A stretch of DNA of 64,000 bases from Minutocellus sp. GHC0000111 (lineage: Eukaryota), in contig OZ361258.1 of the NCBI GenBank assembly GCA_977018835.1, positions 2,790,001 to 2,854,000 of the forward strand, in the 5' to 3' direction. A program made the position numbers and the translations under genes. Position 1 is the first letter of the stretch. Every line of letters starts with the position of its first letter. The notes beneath the pieces are model-generated. The model did no database searches, was not told the origin of the DNA, and saw nothing but the letters and a program-made list of their open reading frames with translations. Positions 12,001-27,000 of the stretch are shown here, piece after piece.

Positions 12001-15000
12001 GAGAGACCGGCCACATCGGGTGGAGAAGGGTGGGGCAATGCATTCGGCGTCGAGGAAGGATCCTGGAAGTGCGATGCTTGCATGGTGCGTAACAAGGCCG
12101 GTGATACCAAGTGTGCTGCTTGTGAGACTGTCCGCCCTGGATACGAAGACAAGCAAGAGGAGAGCAGCGATAGTGCTGCCGCGAGTGGGTCTGCCATCGG
12201 CGCCGGTGGTTTTAGCTTCGGCGGAGGGGCGAGTACTGCTGCTGCGGCCGCTCCTTCGATTGGATCGGGAGGATTCAGCTTTGGTGGGGCTACTACATCG
12301 GCACCAGCACCAGCACCGGCACCTGTAACTGCTGTATCGTCTGGCGGAGGCTTCAGCTTTGGTGCCAAGCCATCATCAACTGCAACCAGCTCTACTACCG
12401 GAGGATTCAGTTTTGGTGCACCGCCTGCGCCTGCGGGCAAGGTACCGGACAAGGCCGAGAAGAAGAAAGACGAGAAGGCAGTATCATCCTCAAGTGCAAG
12501 TTTCCCCCCTCTTGCGACCAAGGCACCGACGCCCTTCTCGGCAACTGCGAAGGCGAGTGCAGCAGCTCCAGCAGCCACCGCAAAGCCCGCCGCTTCAAGT
12601 AGCGCCTTCCCACCGATGAGTACTGCAGCTCCTAAGAATCCATTCTCGGCAACTGCGAAGGCCCCTGTTGCTGCGGCTCCAGCACCAGCTCCAGCACCAG
12701 CGGCCAAGCCTGCTGCTTCGAGTAGCGCATTCCCGCCGATGAGTACTGCAGCTCCTAAGAATCCGTTCTCCGCTCCCTCGAAGCCTCCAGCACCAGCACC
12801 AGCGGCCAAGCCTGCTGCTTCGAGTAGCGCATTCCCGCCGATGAGTACTGCAGCTCCTAAGAATCCGTTCTCCGCTCCCTCGAAGCCTCCAGCACCAGCA
12901 CCAGCGGCCAAGTCCGCTGCTTCGAGTAGTGCATTCCCGCCGATGAGTACTGCAGCTCCTAAGAATCCGTTCGCGTCGGTAAAGCTGACGTCGAGCTCTG
13001 CTACAATCGGCAGCACGAGTACGAGCGGTGGCTTTTCGTTTGGCACCCCAAGCACTCTCGGCGGTGGCAGCGGGGCGCCGGCAACGACCAAGGGCGGCTT
13101 TTCGTTTGGATCGACGGGAAGTGCGACCTTTGGCAGTCCACCGGCCAAGTTGGAGGCCCCCAAGGCCACCGAGCAGGAGAAGTCAGCGCCGATATTTGGC
13201 TCTGGGTCGAAGGCTCCGGTCTTTGGAAGCGGCTCTGGCGTTGGTGGTTTTGCGGCCCTCGCATCGTCTCCAGCTCCTGCTGGTGCTGGTGCAGGGAGCA
13301 AGACATCGTCGACTGGCTTTGGTTTTGGCTTTGGCGGTAGCAGTAGTAGTAGTACTAGTGGTGTCAGCGGTGTTGATTCTTCGATGGTGAAGCCATTGTT
13401 TGGATCGGTGCCTGCGGCTGCTCCTGCGCCTACGTCTGAAGCCGCACCTGCTCCTGCGCCGGCTGGTGCATCTGCGACTGACAATGGTACCGACAACATT
13501 AGGGAAGACGATGTTGGAGTATCAGGAACGGCGAAGCCTTTGTCGGATACTGATGAGGCGAGGACAGCCACGGCCGTCTTTGATTCTCTCGATGAGGGCA
13601 AGAAGGGCAGGGTACCGGCCTCAATGTTCGAGGCGCTCACCGACGAGCTTGGCGAAGGCTTCCACGGGGACGAGTTCGACAAGCAACTTGCCATCATCAA
13701 CCCTGAAGGGACGGGCTTCATCGCTCGGTCCTCCATTGCGGCATGGTACTCGGAGCTTGTCCTCGGAGGCTCTGGAGATGGCGAAGATGGTTCCGATGCT
13801 GGATCGCTCGACACTGAGGAGCGAGAAGAACGTGAGGAGGAGCGTCAGAATGCTGACGAGGCCTTTACTGCCGCGGCTGGTGAGGATGTGGACGTCCTTG
13901 CCGTGTCAGCCTTCAGTGATCTGATTGAGTCTATGGGCACGACTTACTGCGAAGAGGAGCACCGACGTACCATCAAGAAAATTAGCAGCGAGGATGGCGC
14001 TACGATATCTCGTGATGCTTTCGTCGCTTGGTATTTGGACTGGCTCTTTGGAGGCGATGAGTCCGATATCGAGAGCGACGAAGGTGAAGATGACGAGGAT
14101 GGTGATGCCGACGGTGCTGGTGGTACTGGCGGTGCATCGTCATCGGAGGGATGGGGAGGTACCTTTGGCGCTGCCGAGGAGGGTTCCTGGAAGTGCGATG
14201 CTTGTATGGTCCGGAACAAGGCTTCAGATGCCAAATGTGCTGCCTGTGAGACTGCACGCCCTGGATACGAAGCCAAGGCTGCGGAGGTATCGAGCGGCGA
14301 TGGCTCGGCCACTGCGTCGTCAGCGGCGGCGTTTGCATCTGAGATAGGAACTGGTGGATTTTCATTCGGTGGCGGTGGTAGTAGCAGCAGTACCGCGGCA
14401 CCTGCTCCTGCCTCATCCTCATCGATTGGAGCCGGCGGCTTCAGCTTTGGTGGCAATACTACTACTAGCAGCGCAGCGACACCAGCTCCGGCCTTTGGCG
14501 CATCATCGGCGGTCTCGTCCTCATCTTCAGGCGGAGGCTTCGCGTTTGGTGCGCCCGCCACTGCAGCACCAGCTCCACCTTCGGGAGTAGGAGGAGGAGG
14601 CTTTACGTTCGGCGTCAAGCCTGCCGTCACATCTGCTGCATCTGACAAAGTGAATCCTGACGCCACCGCACCCTCAGCTGCCCAACAAGAGAATCCGGCA
14701 GCGGAAAAAGAAGACGACGAGGTCTACTCAGACGACCTCATCGGCACCGCCGACACAGCACGGACGGCCTACGATGAGATCGCTGAGGGTGCAACATCTC
14801 TTCCCAGCAGCAGATTCGACGATCTGCTCGATGTGGTCGGCGAGGGCTTCTATGGCGACGAGAAGGACGAGCAGCTTGCCATCATCGATCCGAGCAGCAC
14901 CGGCACCATTACCAAGAAGGCCTTTGTTTCGTGGTACGTCAACTTCGTCACTGCTGCAGATGCCGACGATGACGAGTCGGCCTCGTTAGATACCGCCGAC

Positions 15001-18000
15001 CGCGAAGAACGCGAGGAGGAAAGGCAGAACGCCGACCAGGCCTTTACTGACACCGTCGGCGAGGGCATCGATGTTATTGACTCGGCCGCCTTTGGAGATC
15101 TGATTGAGTCGATGGGCACTACATACTGTGAGGAAGAGCATCGCCGCACCATCAAGAAGATTAGCGGTGCGGATGGGAAGATTTCCCGCGATGCATTCAT
15201 TGCATGGTATCTTGACTGGTTGTTTGGGGGTGATGAGTCCGACATCGAGACGGATGAGGAGGACGAAGCCGGCGAAGAAGAAGAGAGACCGGCCACATCG
15301 GGTGGAGAAGGGTGGGGCAATGCATTCGGCGTCGAGGAAGGATCCTGGAAGTGCGATGCTTGCATGGTGCGTAACAAGGCCGGTGATACCAAGTGTGCTG
15401 CTTGTGAGACTGTCCGCCCTGGATACGAAGACAAGCAAGAGGAGAGCAGCGATAGTGCTGCCGCGAGTGGGTCTGCCATCGGCGCCGGTGGTTTTAGCTT
15501 GGCGGAGGGGCGAGTACTGCTGCTGCGGCCGCTCCTTCGATTGGATCGGGAGGATTCAGCTTTGGTGGGGCTACTACATCGGCACCAGCACCAGCACCGG
15601 CACCTGTAACCGCTGTATCGTCTGGCGGAGGCTTCAGCTTTGGTGCCAAGCCATCATCAACTGCAACCAGCTCTACTACCGGAGGATTCAGTTTTGGTGC
15701 ACCGCCTGCGCCTGCGGGCAAGGTACCGGACAAGGCCGAGAAGAAGAAAGACGAGAAGGCAGTATCATCCTCAAGTGCAAGTTTCCCCCCTCTTGCGACC
15801 AAGGCACCGACGCCCTTCTCGGCAACTGCGAAGGCGAGTGCAGCAGCTCCAGCAGCCACCGCAAAGCCCGCCGCTTCAAGTAGCGCCTTCCCACCGATGA
15901 GTACTGCAGCTCCTAAGAATCCATTCTCGGCAACTGCGAAGGCCCCTGTTGCTGCGGCTCCAGCACCAGCTCCAGCACCAGCGGCCAAGCCTGCTGCTTC
16001 GAGTAGCGCATTCCCGCCGATGAGTACTGCAGCTCCTAAGAATCCGTTCTCCGCTCCCTCGAAGCCTCCAGCACCAGCACCAGCGGCCAAGCCTGCTGCT
16101 TCGAGTAGCGCATTCCCGCCGATGAGTACTGCAGCTCCTAAGAATCCGTTCTCCGCTCCCTCGAAGCCTCCAGCACCAGCACCAGCGGCCAAGCCTGCTG
16201 CTTCGAGTAGCGCATTCCCGCCGATGAGTACTGCAGCTCCTAAGAATCCGTTCTCCGCTCCCTCGAAGCCTCCAGCACCAGCACCAGCGGCCAAGTCCGC
16301 TGCTTCGAGTAGTGCATTCCCGCCGATGAGTACTGCAGCTCCTAAGAATCCGTTCGCGTCGGTAAAGCTGACGTCGAGCTCTGCTACAATCGGCAGCACG
16401 AGTACGAGCGGTGGCTTTTCGTTTGGCACCCCAAGCACTCTCGGCGGTGGCAGCGGGGCGCCGGCAACGACCAAGGGCGGCTCTTCGTTTGGATCGACGG
16501 GAAGTGCGACCTTTGGCAGTCCACCGGCCAAGTTGGAGGCCCCCAAGGCCACCGAGCAGGAGAAGTCAGCGCCGATATTTGGCTCTGGGTCGAAGGCTCC
16601 GGTCTTTGGAAGCGGCTCTGGCGTTGGTGGTTTTGCGGCCCTCGCATCGTCTCCAGCTCCTGCTGGTGCTGGTGCAGGGAGCAAGACATCGTCGACTGGC
16701 TTTGGTTTTGGCTTTGGCGGTAGCAGTAGTAGTAGTACTAGTGGTGTCAGCGGTGTTGATTCTTCGATGGTGAAGCCATTGTTTGGATCGGTGCCTGCGG
16801 CTGCTCCTGCGCCTACGTCTGAAGCCGCACCTGCTCCTGCGCCGGCTGGTGCATCTGCGACTGACAATGGTACCGACAACATTAGGGAAGACGATGTTGG
16901 AGTATCAGGAACGGCGAAGCCTTTGTCGGATACTGATGAGGCGAGGACAGCCACGGCCGTCTTTGATTCTCTCGATGAGGGCAAGAAGGGCAGGGTACCG
17001 GCCTCAATGTTCGAGGCGCTCACCGACGAGCTTGGCGAAGGCTTCCACGGGGACGAGTTCGACAAGCAACTTGCCATCATCGACCCTGAAGGGACGGGCT
17101 TCATCGCTCGGTCCTCCTTTGCGGCATGGTACTCGGAGCTTGTCCTCGGAGGCTCTGGAGATGGCGAAGATGGTTCCGATGCTGGATCGCTCGACACTGA
17201 GGAGCGAGAAGAACGTGAGGAGGAGCGTCAGAATGCTGACGAGGCCTTTACTGCCGCGGCTGGTGAGGATGTGGACGTCCTTGCCGTGTCAGCCTTCAGT
17301 GATCTGATTGAGTCTATGGGCACGACTTACTGCGAAGAGGAGCACCGACGTACCATCAAGAAAATTAGCAGCGAGGATGGCGCTACGATATCTCGTGATG
17401 CTTTCGTCGCTTGGTATTTGGACTGGCTCTTTGGAGGCGATGAGTCCGATATCGAGAGCGACGAAGGTGAAGATGACGAGGATGGTGATGCCGACGGTGC
17501 TGGTGGTACTGGCGGTGCATCGTCATCGGAGGGATGGGGAGGTACCTTTGGCGCTGCCGAGGAGGGTTCCTGGAAGTGCGATGCTTGTATGGTCCGGAAC
17601 AAGGCTTCAGATGCCAAATGTGCTGCCTGTGAGACTGCACGCCCTGGATACGAAGCCAAGGCTGCGGAGGTATCGAGCGGCGATGGCTCGGCCACTGCGT
17701 CGTCAGCGGCGGCGTTTGCATCTGAGATAGGAACTGGTGGATTTTCATTCGGTGGCGGTGGTAGTAGCAGCAGTACCGCGGCACCTGCTCCTGCCTCATC
17801 CTCATCGATTGGAGCCGGCGGCTTCAGCTTTGGTGGCAATACTACTACTAGCAGCGCAGCGACACCAGCTCCGGCCTTTGGCGCATCATCGGCGGTCTCG
17901 TCCTCATCTTCAGGCGGAGGCTTCGCGTTTGGTGCGCCCGCCACTGCAGCACCAGCTCCACCTTCGGGAGTAGGAGGAGGAGGCTTTACGTTCGGCGTCA

Positions 18001-21000
18001 AGCCTGCCGTCACATCTGCTGCATCTGACAAAGTGAATCCTGACGCCACCGCACCCTCAGCTGCCCAACAAGAGAATCCGGCAGCGGAAAAAGAAGACGA
18101 CGAGGTCTACTCAGACGACCTCATCGGCACCGCCGACACAGCACGGACGGCCTACGATGAGATCGCTGAGGGTGCAACATCTCTTCCCAGCAGCAGATTC
18201 GACGATCTGCTCGATGTGGTCGGCGAGGGCTTCTATGGCGACGAGAAGGACGAGCAGCTTGCCATCATCGATCCGAGCAGCACCGGCACCATTACCAAGA
18301 AGGCCTTTGTTTCGTGGTACGTCAACTTCGTCACTGCTGCAGATGCCGACGATGACGAGTCGGCCTCGTTAGATACCGCCGACCGCGAAGAACGCGAGGA
18401 GGAAAGGCAGAACGCCGACCAGGCCTTTACTGACACCGTCGGCGAGGGCATCGATGTTATTGACTCGGCCGCCTTTGGAGATCTGATTGAGTCGATGGGC
18501 ACTACATACTGTGAGGAAGAGCATCGCCGCACCATCAAGAAGATTAGCGGTGCGGATGGGAAGATTTCCCGCGATGCATTCATTGCATGGTATCTTGACT
18601 GGTTGTTTGGGGGTGATGAGTCCGACATCGAGACGGATGAGGAGGACGAAGCCGGCGAAGAAGAAGAGAGACCGGCCACATCGGGTGGAGAAGGGTGGGG
18701 CAATGCATTCGGCGTCGAGGAAGGATCCTGGAAGTGCGATGCTTGCATGGTGCGTAACAAGGCCGGTGATACCAAGTGTGCTGCTTGTGAGACTGTCCGC
18801 CCTGGATACGAAGACAAGCAAGAGGAGAGCAGCGATAGTGCTGCCGCGAGTGGGTCTGCCATCGGCGCCGGTGGTTTTAGCTTCGGCGGAGGGGCGAGTA
18901 CTGCTGCTGCGGCCGCTCCTTCGATTGGATCGGGAGGATTCAGCTTTGGTGGGGCTACTACATCGGCACCAGCACCAGCACCGGCACCTGTAACCGCTGT
19001 ATCGTCTGGCGGAGGCTTCAGCTTTGGTGCCAAGCCATCATCAACTGCAACCAGCTCTACTACCGGAGGATTCAGTTTTGGTGCACCGCCTGCGCCTGCG
19101 GGCAAGGTACCGGACAAGGCCGAGAAGAAGAAAGACGAGAAGGCAGTATCATCCTCAAGTGCAAGTTTCCCCCCTCTTGCGACCAAGGCACCGACGCCCT
19201 TCTCGGCAACTGCGAAGGCGAGTGCAGCAGCTCCAGCAGCCACCGCAAAGCCCGCCGCTTCAAGTAGCGCCTTCCCACCGATGAGTACTGCAGCTCCTAA
19301 GAATCCATTCTCGGCAACTGCGAAGGCCCCTGTTGCTGCGGCTCCAGCACCAGCTCCAGCACCAGCGGCCAAGCCTGCTGCTTCGAGTAGCGCATTCCCG
19401 CCGATGAGTACTGCAGCTCCTAAGAATCCGTTCTCCGCTCCCTCGAAGCCTCCAGCACCAGCACCAGCGGCCAAGCCTGCTGCTTCGAGTAGCGCATTCC
19501 CGCCGATGAGTACTGCAGCTCCTAAGAATCCGTTCTCCGCTCCCTCGAAGCCTCCAGCACCAGCACCAGCGGCCAAGCCTGCTGCTTCGAGTAGCGCATT
19601 CCCGCCGATGAGTACTGCAGCTCCTAAGAATCCGTTCTCCGCTCCCTCGAAGCCTCCAGCACCAGCACCAGCGGCCAAGTCCGCTGCTTCGAGTAGTGCA
19701 TTCCCGCCGATGAGTACTGCAGCTCCTAAGAATCCGTTCGCGTCGGTAAAGCTGACGTCGAGCTCTGCTACAATCGGCAGCACGAGTACGAGCGGTGGCT
19801 TTTCGTTTGGCACCCCAAGCACTCTCGGCGGTGGCAGCGGGGCGCCGGCAACGACCAAGGGCGGCTTTTCGTTTGGATCGACGGGAAGTGCGACCTTTGG
19901 CAGTCCACCGGCCAAGTTGGAGGCCCCCAAGGCCACCGAGCAGGAGAAGTCAGCGCCGATATTTGGCTCTGGGTCGAAGGCTCCGGTCTTTGGAAGCGGC
20001 TCTGGCGTTGGTGGTTTTGCGGCCCTCGCATCGTCTCCAGCTCCTGCTGGTGCTGGTGCAGGGAGCAAGACATCGTCGACTGGCTTTGGTTTTGGCTTTG
20101 GCGGTAGCAGTAGTAGTAGTACTAGTGGTGTCAGCGGTGTTGATTCTTCGATGGTGAAGCCATTGTTTGGATCGGTGCCTGCGGCTGCTCCTGCGCCTAC
20201 GTCTGAAGCCGCACCTGCTCCTGCGCCGGCTGGTGCATCTGCGACTGACAATGGTACCGACAACATTAGGGAAGACGATGTTGGAGTATCAGGAACGGCG
20301 AAGCCTTTGTCGGATACTGATGAGGCGAGGACAGCCACGGCCGTCTTTGATTCTCTCGATGAGGGCAAGAAGGGCAGGGTACCGGCCTCAATGTTCGAGG
20401 CGCTCACCGACGAGCTTGGCGAAGGCTTCCACGGGGACGAGTTCGACAAGCAACTTGCCATCATCGACCCTGAAGGGACGGGCTTCATCGCTCGGTCCTC
20501 CTTTGCGGCATGGTACTCGGAGCTTGTCCTCGGAGGCTCTGGAGATGGCGAAGATGGTTCCGATGCTGGATCGCTCGACACTGAGGAGCGAGAAGAACGT
20601 GAGGAGGAGCGTCAGAATGCTGACGAGGCCTTTACTGCCGCGGCTGGTGAGGATGTGGACGTCCTTGCCGTGTCAGCCTTCAGTGATCTGATTGAGTCTA
20701 TGGGCACGACTTACTGCGAAGAGGAGCACCGACGTACCATCAAGAAAATTAGCAGCGAGGATGGCGCTACGATATCTCGTGATGCTTTCGTCGCTTGGTA
20801 TTTGGACTGGCTCTTTGGAGGCGATGAGTCCGATATCGAGAGCGACGAAGGTGAAGATGACGAGGATGGTGATGCCGACGGTGCTGGTGGTACTGGCGGT
20901 GCATCGTCATCGGAGGGATGGGGAGGTACCTTTGGCGCTGCCGAGGAGGGTTCCTGGAAGTGCGATGCTTGTATGGTCCGGAACAAGGCTTCAGATGCCA

Positions 21001-24000
21001 AATGTGCTGCCTGTGAGACTGCACGCCCTGGATACGAAGCCAAGGCTGCGGAGGTATCGAGCGGCGATGGCTCGGCCACTGCGTCGTCAGCGGCGGCGTT
21101 TGCATCTGAGATAGGAACTGGTGGATTTTCATTCGGTGGCGGTGGTAGTAGCAGCAGTACCGCGGCACCTGCTCCTGCCTCATCCTCATCGATTGGAGCC
21201 GGCGGCTTCAGCTTTGGTGGCAATACTACTACTAGCAGCGCAGCGACACCAGCTCCGGCCTTTGGCGCATCATCGGCGGTCTCGTCCTCATCTTCAGGCG
21301 GAGGCTTCGCGTTTGGTGCGCCCGCCACTGCAGCACCAGCTCCACCTTCGGGAGTAGGAGGAGGAGGCTTTACGTTCGGCGTCAAGCCTGCCGTCACATC
21401 TGCTGCATCTGACAAAGTGAATCCTGACGCCACCGCACCCTCAGCTGCCCAACAAGAGAATCCGGCAGCGGAAAAAGAAGACGACGAGGTCTACTCAGAC
21501 GACCTCATCGGCACCGCCGACACAGCACGGACGGCCTACGATGAGATCGCTGAGGGTGCAACATCTCTTCCCAGCAGCAGATTCGACGATCTGCTCGATG
21601 TGGTCGGCGAGGGCTTCTATGGCGACGAGAAGGACGAGCAGCTTGCCATCATCGATCCGAGCAGCACCGGCACCATTACCAAGAAGGCCTTTGTTTCGTG
21701 GTACGTCAACTTCGTCACCGCTGCAGATGCCGACGATGACGAGTCGGCCTCGTTAGATACCGCCGACCGCGAAGAACGCGAGGAGGAAAGGCAGAACGCC
21801 GACCAGGCCTTTACTGACACCGTCGGCGAGGGCATCGATGTTATTGACTCGGCCGCCTTTGGAGATCTGATTGAGTCGATGGGCACTACATACTGTGAGG
21901 AAGAGCATCGCCGCACCATCAAGAAGATTAGCGGTGCGGATGGGAAGATTTCCCGCGATGCATTCATTGCATGGTATCTTGACTGGTTGTTTGGGGGTGA
22001 TGAGTCCGACATCGAGACGGATGAGGAGGACGAAGCCGGCGAAGAAGAAGAGAGACCGGCCACATCGGGTGGAGAAGGGTGGGGCAATGCATTCGGCGTC
22101 GAGGAAGGATCCTGGAAGTGCGATGCTTGCATGGTGCGTAACAAGGCCGGTGATACCAAGTGTGCTGCTTGTGAGACTGTCCGCCCTGGATACGAAGACA
22201 AGCAAGAGGAGAGCAGCGATAGTGCTGCCGCGAGTGGGTCTGCCATCGGCGCCGGTGGTTTTAGCTTCGGCGGAGGGGCGAGTACTGCTGCTGCGGCCGC
22301 TCCTTCGATTGGATCGGGAGGATTCAGCTTTGGTGGGGCTACTACATCGGCACCAGCACCAGCACCGGCACCTGTAACTGCTGTATCGTCTGGCGGAGGC
22401 TTCAGCTTTGGTGCCAAGCCATCATCAACTGCAACCAGCTCTACTACCGGAGGATTCAGTTTTGGTGCACCGCCTGCGCCTGCGGGCAAGGTACCGGACA
22501 AGGCCGAGAAGAAGAAAGACGAGAAGGCAGTATCATCCTCAAGTGCAAGTTTCCCCCCTCTTGCGACCAAGGCACCGACGCCCTTCTCGGCAACTGCGAA
22601 GGCGAGTGCAGCAGCTCCAGCAGCCACCGCAAAGCCCGCCGCTTCAAGTAGCGCCTTCCCACCGATGAGTACTGCAGCTCCTAAGAATCCATTCTCGGCA
22701 ACTGCGAAGGCCCCTGTTGCTGCGGCTCCAGCACCAGCTCCAGCACCAGCGGCCAAGCCTGCTGCTTCGAGTAGCGCATTCCCGCCGATGAGTACTGCAG
22801 CTCCTAAGAATCCGTTCTCCGCTCCCTCGAAGCCTCCAGCACCAGCACCAGCGGCCAAGCCTGCTGCTTCGAGTAGCGCATTCCCGCCGATGAGTACTGC
22901 AGCTCCTAAGAATCCGTTCTCCGCTCCCTCGAAGCCTCCAGCACCAGCACCAGCGGCCAAGCCTGCTGCTTCGAGTAGCGCATTCCCGCCGATGAGTACT
23001 GCAGCTCCTAAGAATCCGTTCTCCGCTCCCTCGAAGCCTCCAGCACCAGCACCAGCGGCCAAGTCCGCTGCTTCGAGTAGTGCATTCCCGCCGATGAGTA
23101 CTGCAGCTCCTAAGAATCCGTTCGCGTCGGTAAAGCTGACGTCGAGCTCTGCTACAATCGGCAGCACGAGTACGAGCGGTGGCTTTTCGTTTGGCACCCC
23201 AAGCACTCTCGGCGGTGGCAGCGGGGCGCCGGCAACGACCAAGGGCGGCTTTTCGTTTGGATCGACGGGAAGTGCGACCTTTGGCAGTCCACCGGCCAAG
23301 TTGGAGGCCCCCAAGGCCACCGAGCAGGAGAAGTCAGCGCCGATATTTGGCTCTGGGTCGAAGGCTCCGGTCTTTGGAAGCGGCTCTGGCGTTGGTGGTT
23401 TTGCGGCCCTCGCATCGTCTCCAGCTCCTGCTGGTGCTGGTGCAGGGAGCAAGACATCGTCGACTGGCTTTGGTTTTGGCTTTGGCGGTAGCAGTAGTAG
23501 TAGTACTAGTGGTGTCAGCGGTGTTGATTCTTCGATGGTGAAGCCATTGTTTGGATCGGTGCCTGCGGCTGCTCCTGCGCCTACGTCTGAAGCCGCACCT
23601 GCTCCTGCGCCGGCTGGTGCATCTGCGACTGACAATGGTACCGACAACATTAGGGAAGACGATGTTGGAGTATCAGGAACGGCGAAGCCTTTGTCGGATA
23701 CTGATGAGGCGAGGACAGCCACGGCCGTCTTTGATTCTCTCGATGAGGGCAAGAAGGGCAGGGTACCGGCCTCAATGTTCGAGGCGCTCACCGACGAGCT
23801 TGGCGAAGGCTTCCACGGGGACGAGTTCGACAAGCAACTTGCCATCATCGACCCTGAAGGGACGGGCTTCATCGCTCGGTCCTCCTTTGCGGCATGGTAC
23901 TCGGAGCTTGTCCTCGGAGGCTCTGGAGATGGCGAAGATGGTTCCGATGCTGGATCGCTCGACACTGAGGAGCGAGAAGAACGTGAGGAGGAGCGTCAGA

Positions 24001-27000
24001 ATGCTGACGAGGCCTTTACTGCCGCGGCTGGTGAGGATGTGGACGTCCTTGCCGTGTCAGCCTTCAGTGATCTGATTGAGTCTATGGGCACGACTTACTG
24101 CGAAGAGGAGCACCGACGTACCATCAAGAAAATTAGCAGCGAGGATGGCGCTACGATATCTCGTGATGCTTTCGTCGCTTGGTATTTGGACTGGCTCTTT
24201 GGAGGCGATGAGTCCGATATCGAGAGCGACGAAGGTGAAGATGACGAGGATGGTGATGCCGACGGTGCTGGTGGTACTGGCGGTGCATCGTCATCGGAGG
24301 GATGGGGAGGTACCTTTGGCGCTGCCGAGGAGGGTTCCTGGAAGTGCGATGCTTGTATGGTCCGGAACAAGGCTTCAGATGCCAAATGTGCTGCCTGTGA
24401 GACTGCACGCCCTGGATACGAAGCCAAGGCTGCGGAGGTATCGAGCGGCGATGGCTCGGCCACTGCGTCGTCAGCGGCGGCGTTTGCATCTGAGATAGGA
24501 ACTGGTGGATTTTCATTCGGTGGCGGTGGTAGTAGCAGCAGTACCGCGGCACCTGCTCCTGCCTCATCCTCATCGATTGGAGCCGGCGGCTTCAGCTTTG
24601 GTGGCAATACTACTACTAGCAGCGCAGCGACACCAGCTCCGGCCTTTGGCGCATCATCGGCGGTCTCGTCCTCATCTTCAGGCGGAGGCTTCGCGTTTGG
24701 TGCGCCCGCCACTGCAGCACCAGCTCCACCTTCGGGAGTAGGAGGAGGAGGCTTTACGTTCGGCGTCAAGCCTGCCGTCACATCTGCTGCATCTGACAAA
24801 GTGAATCCTGACGCCACCGCACCCTCAGCTGCCCAACAAGAGAATCCGGCAGCGGAAAAAGAAGACGACGAGGTCTACTCAGACGACCTCATCGGCACCG
24901 CCGACACAGCACGGACGGCCTACGATGAGATCGCTGAGGGTGCAACATCTCTTCCCAGCAGCAGATTCGACGATCTGCTCGATGTGGTCGGCGAGGGCTT
25001 CTATGGCGACGAGAAGGACGAGCAGCTTGCCATCATCGATCCGAGCAGCACCGGCACCATTACCAAGAAGGCCTTTGTTTCGTGGTACGTCAACTTCGTC
25101 ACCGCTGCAGATGCCGACGATGACGAGTCGGCCTCGTTAGACACCGCCGACCGCGAAGAACGCGAGGAGGAAAGGCAGAACGCCGACCAGGCCTTTACTG
25201 ACACCGTCGGCGAGGGCATCGATGTTATTGACTCGGCCGCCTTTGGAGATCTGATTGAGTCGATGGGCACTACATACTGTGAGGAAGAGCATCGCCGCAC
25301 CATCAAGAAGATTAGCGGTGCGGATGGGAAGATTTCCCGCGATGCATTCATTGCATGGTATCTTGACTGGTTGTTTGGGGGTGATGAGTCCGACATCGAG
25401 ACGGATGAGGAGGACGAAGCCGGCGAAGAAGAAGAGAGACCGGCCACATCGGGTGGAGAAGGGTGGGGCAATGCATTCGGCGTCGAGGAAGGATCCTGGA
25501 AGTGCGATGCTTGCATGGTGCGTAACAAGGCCGGTGATACCAAGTGTGCTGCTTGTGAGACTGTCCGCCCTGGATACGAAGACAAGCAAGAGGAGAGCAG
25601 CGATAGTGCTGCCGCGAGTGGGTCTGCCATCGGCGCCGGTGGTTTTAGCTTCGGCGGAGGGGCGAGTACTGCTGCTGCGGCCGCTCCTTCGATTGGATCG
25701 GGAGGATTCAGCTTTGGTGGGGCTACTACATCGGCACCAGCACCAGCACCGGCACCTGTAACTGCTGTATCGTCTGGCGGAGGCTTCAGCTTTGGTGCCA
25801 AGCCATCATCAACTGCAACCAGCTCTACTACCGGAGGATTCAGTTTTGGTGCACCGCCTGCGCCTGCGGGCAAGGTACCGGACAAGGCCGAGAAGAAGAA
25901 AGACGAGAAGGCAGTATCATCCTCAAGTGCAAGTTTCCCCCCTCTTGCGACCAAGGCACCGACGCCCTTCTCGGCAACTGCGAAGGCGAGTGCAGCAGCT
26001 CCAGCAGCCACCGCAAAGCCCGCCGCTTCAAGTAGCGCCTTCCCACCGATGAGTACTGCAGCTCCTAAGAATCCATTCTCGGCAACTGCGAAGGCCCCTG
26101 TTGCTGCGGCTCCAGCACCAGCTCCAGCACCAGCGGCCAAGCCTGCTGCTTCGAGTAGCGCATTCCCGCCGATGAGTACTGCAGCTCCTAAGAATCCGTT
26201 CTCCGCTCCCTCGAAGCCTCCAGCACCAGCACCAGCGGCCAAGCCTGCTGCTTCGAGTAGCGCATTCCCGCCGATGAGTACTGCAGCTCCTAAGAATCCG
26301 TTCTCCGCTCCCTCGAAGCCTCCAGCACCAGCACCAGCGGCCAAGCCTGCTGCTTCGAGTAGCGCATTCCCGCCGATGAGTACTGCAGCTCCTAAGAATC
26401 CGTTCTCCGCTCCCTCGAAGCCTCCAGCACCAGCACCAGCGGCCAAGTCCGCTGCTTCGAGTAGTGCATTCCCGCCGATGAGTACTGCAGCTCCTAAGAA
26501 TCCGTTCTCCGCTCCCTCGAAGCCTCCAGCACCAGCACCAGCGGCCAAGTCCGCTGCTTCGAGTAGTGCATTCCCGCCGATGAGTACTGCAGCTCCTAAG
26601 AATCCGTTCGCGTCGGTAAAGCTGACGTCGAGCTCTGCTACAATCGGCAGCACGAGTACGAGCGGTGGCTTTTCGTTTGGCACCCCAAGCACTCTCGGCG
26701 GTGGCAGCGGGGCGCCGGCAACGACCAAGGGCGGCTTTTCGTTTGGATCGACGGGAAGTGCGACCTTTGGCAGTCCACCGGCCAAGTTGGAGGCCCCCAA
26801 GGCCACCGAGCAGGAGAAGTCAGCGCCGATATTTGGCTCTGGGTCGAAGGCTCCGGTCTTTGGAAGCGGCTCTGGCGTTGGTGGTTTTGCGGCCCTCGCA
26901 TCGTCTCCAGCTCCTGCTGGTGCTGGTGCAGGGAGCAAGACATCGTCGACTGGCTTTGGTTTTGGCTTTGGCGGTAGCAGTAGTAGTAGTACTAGTGGTG

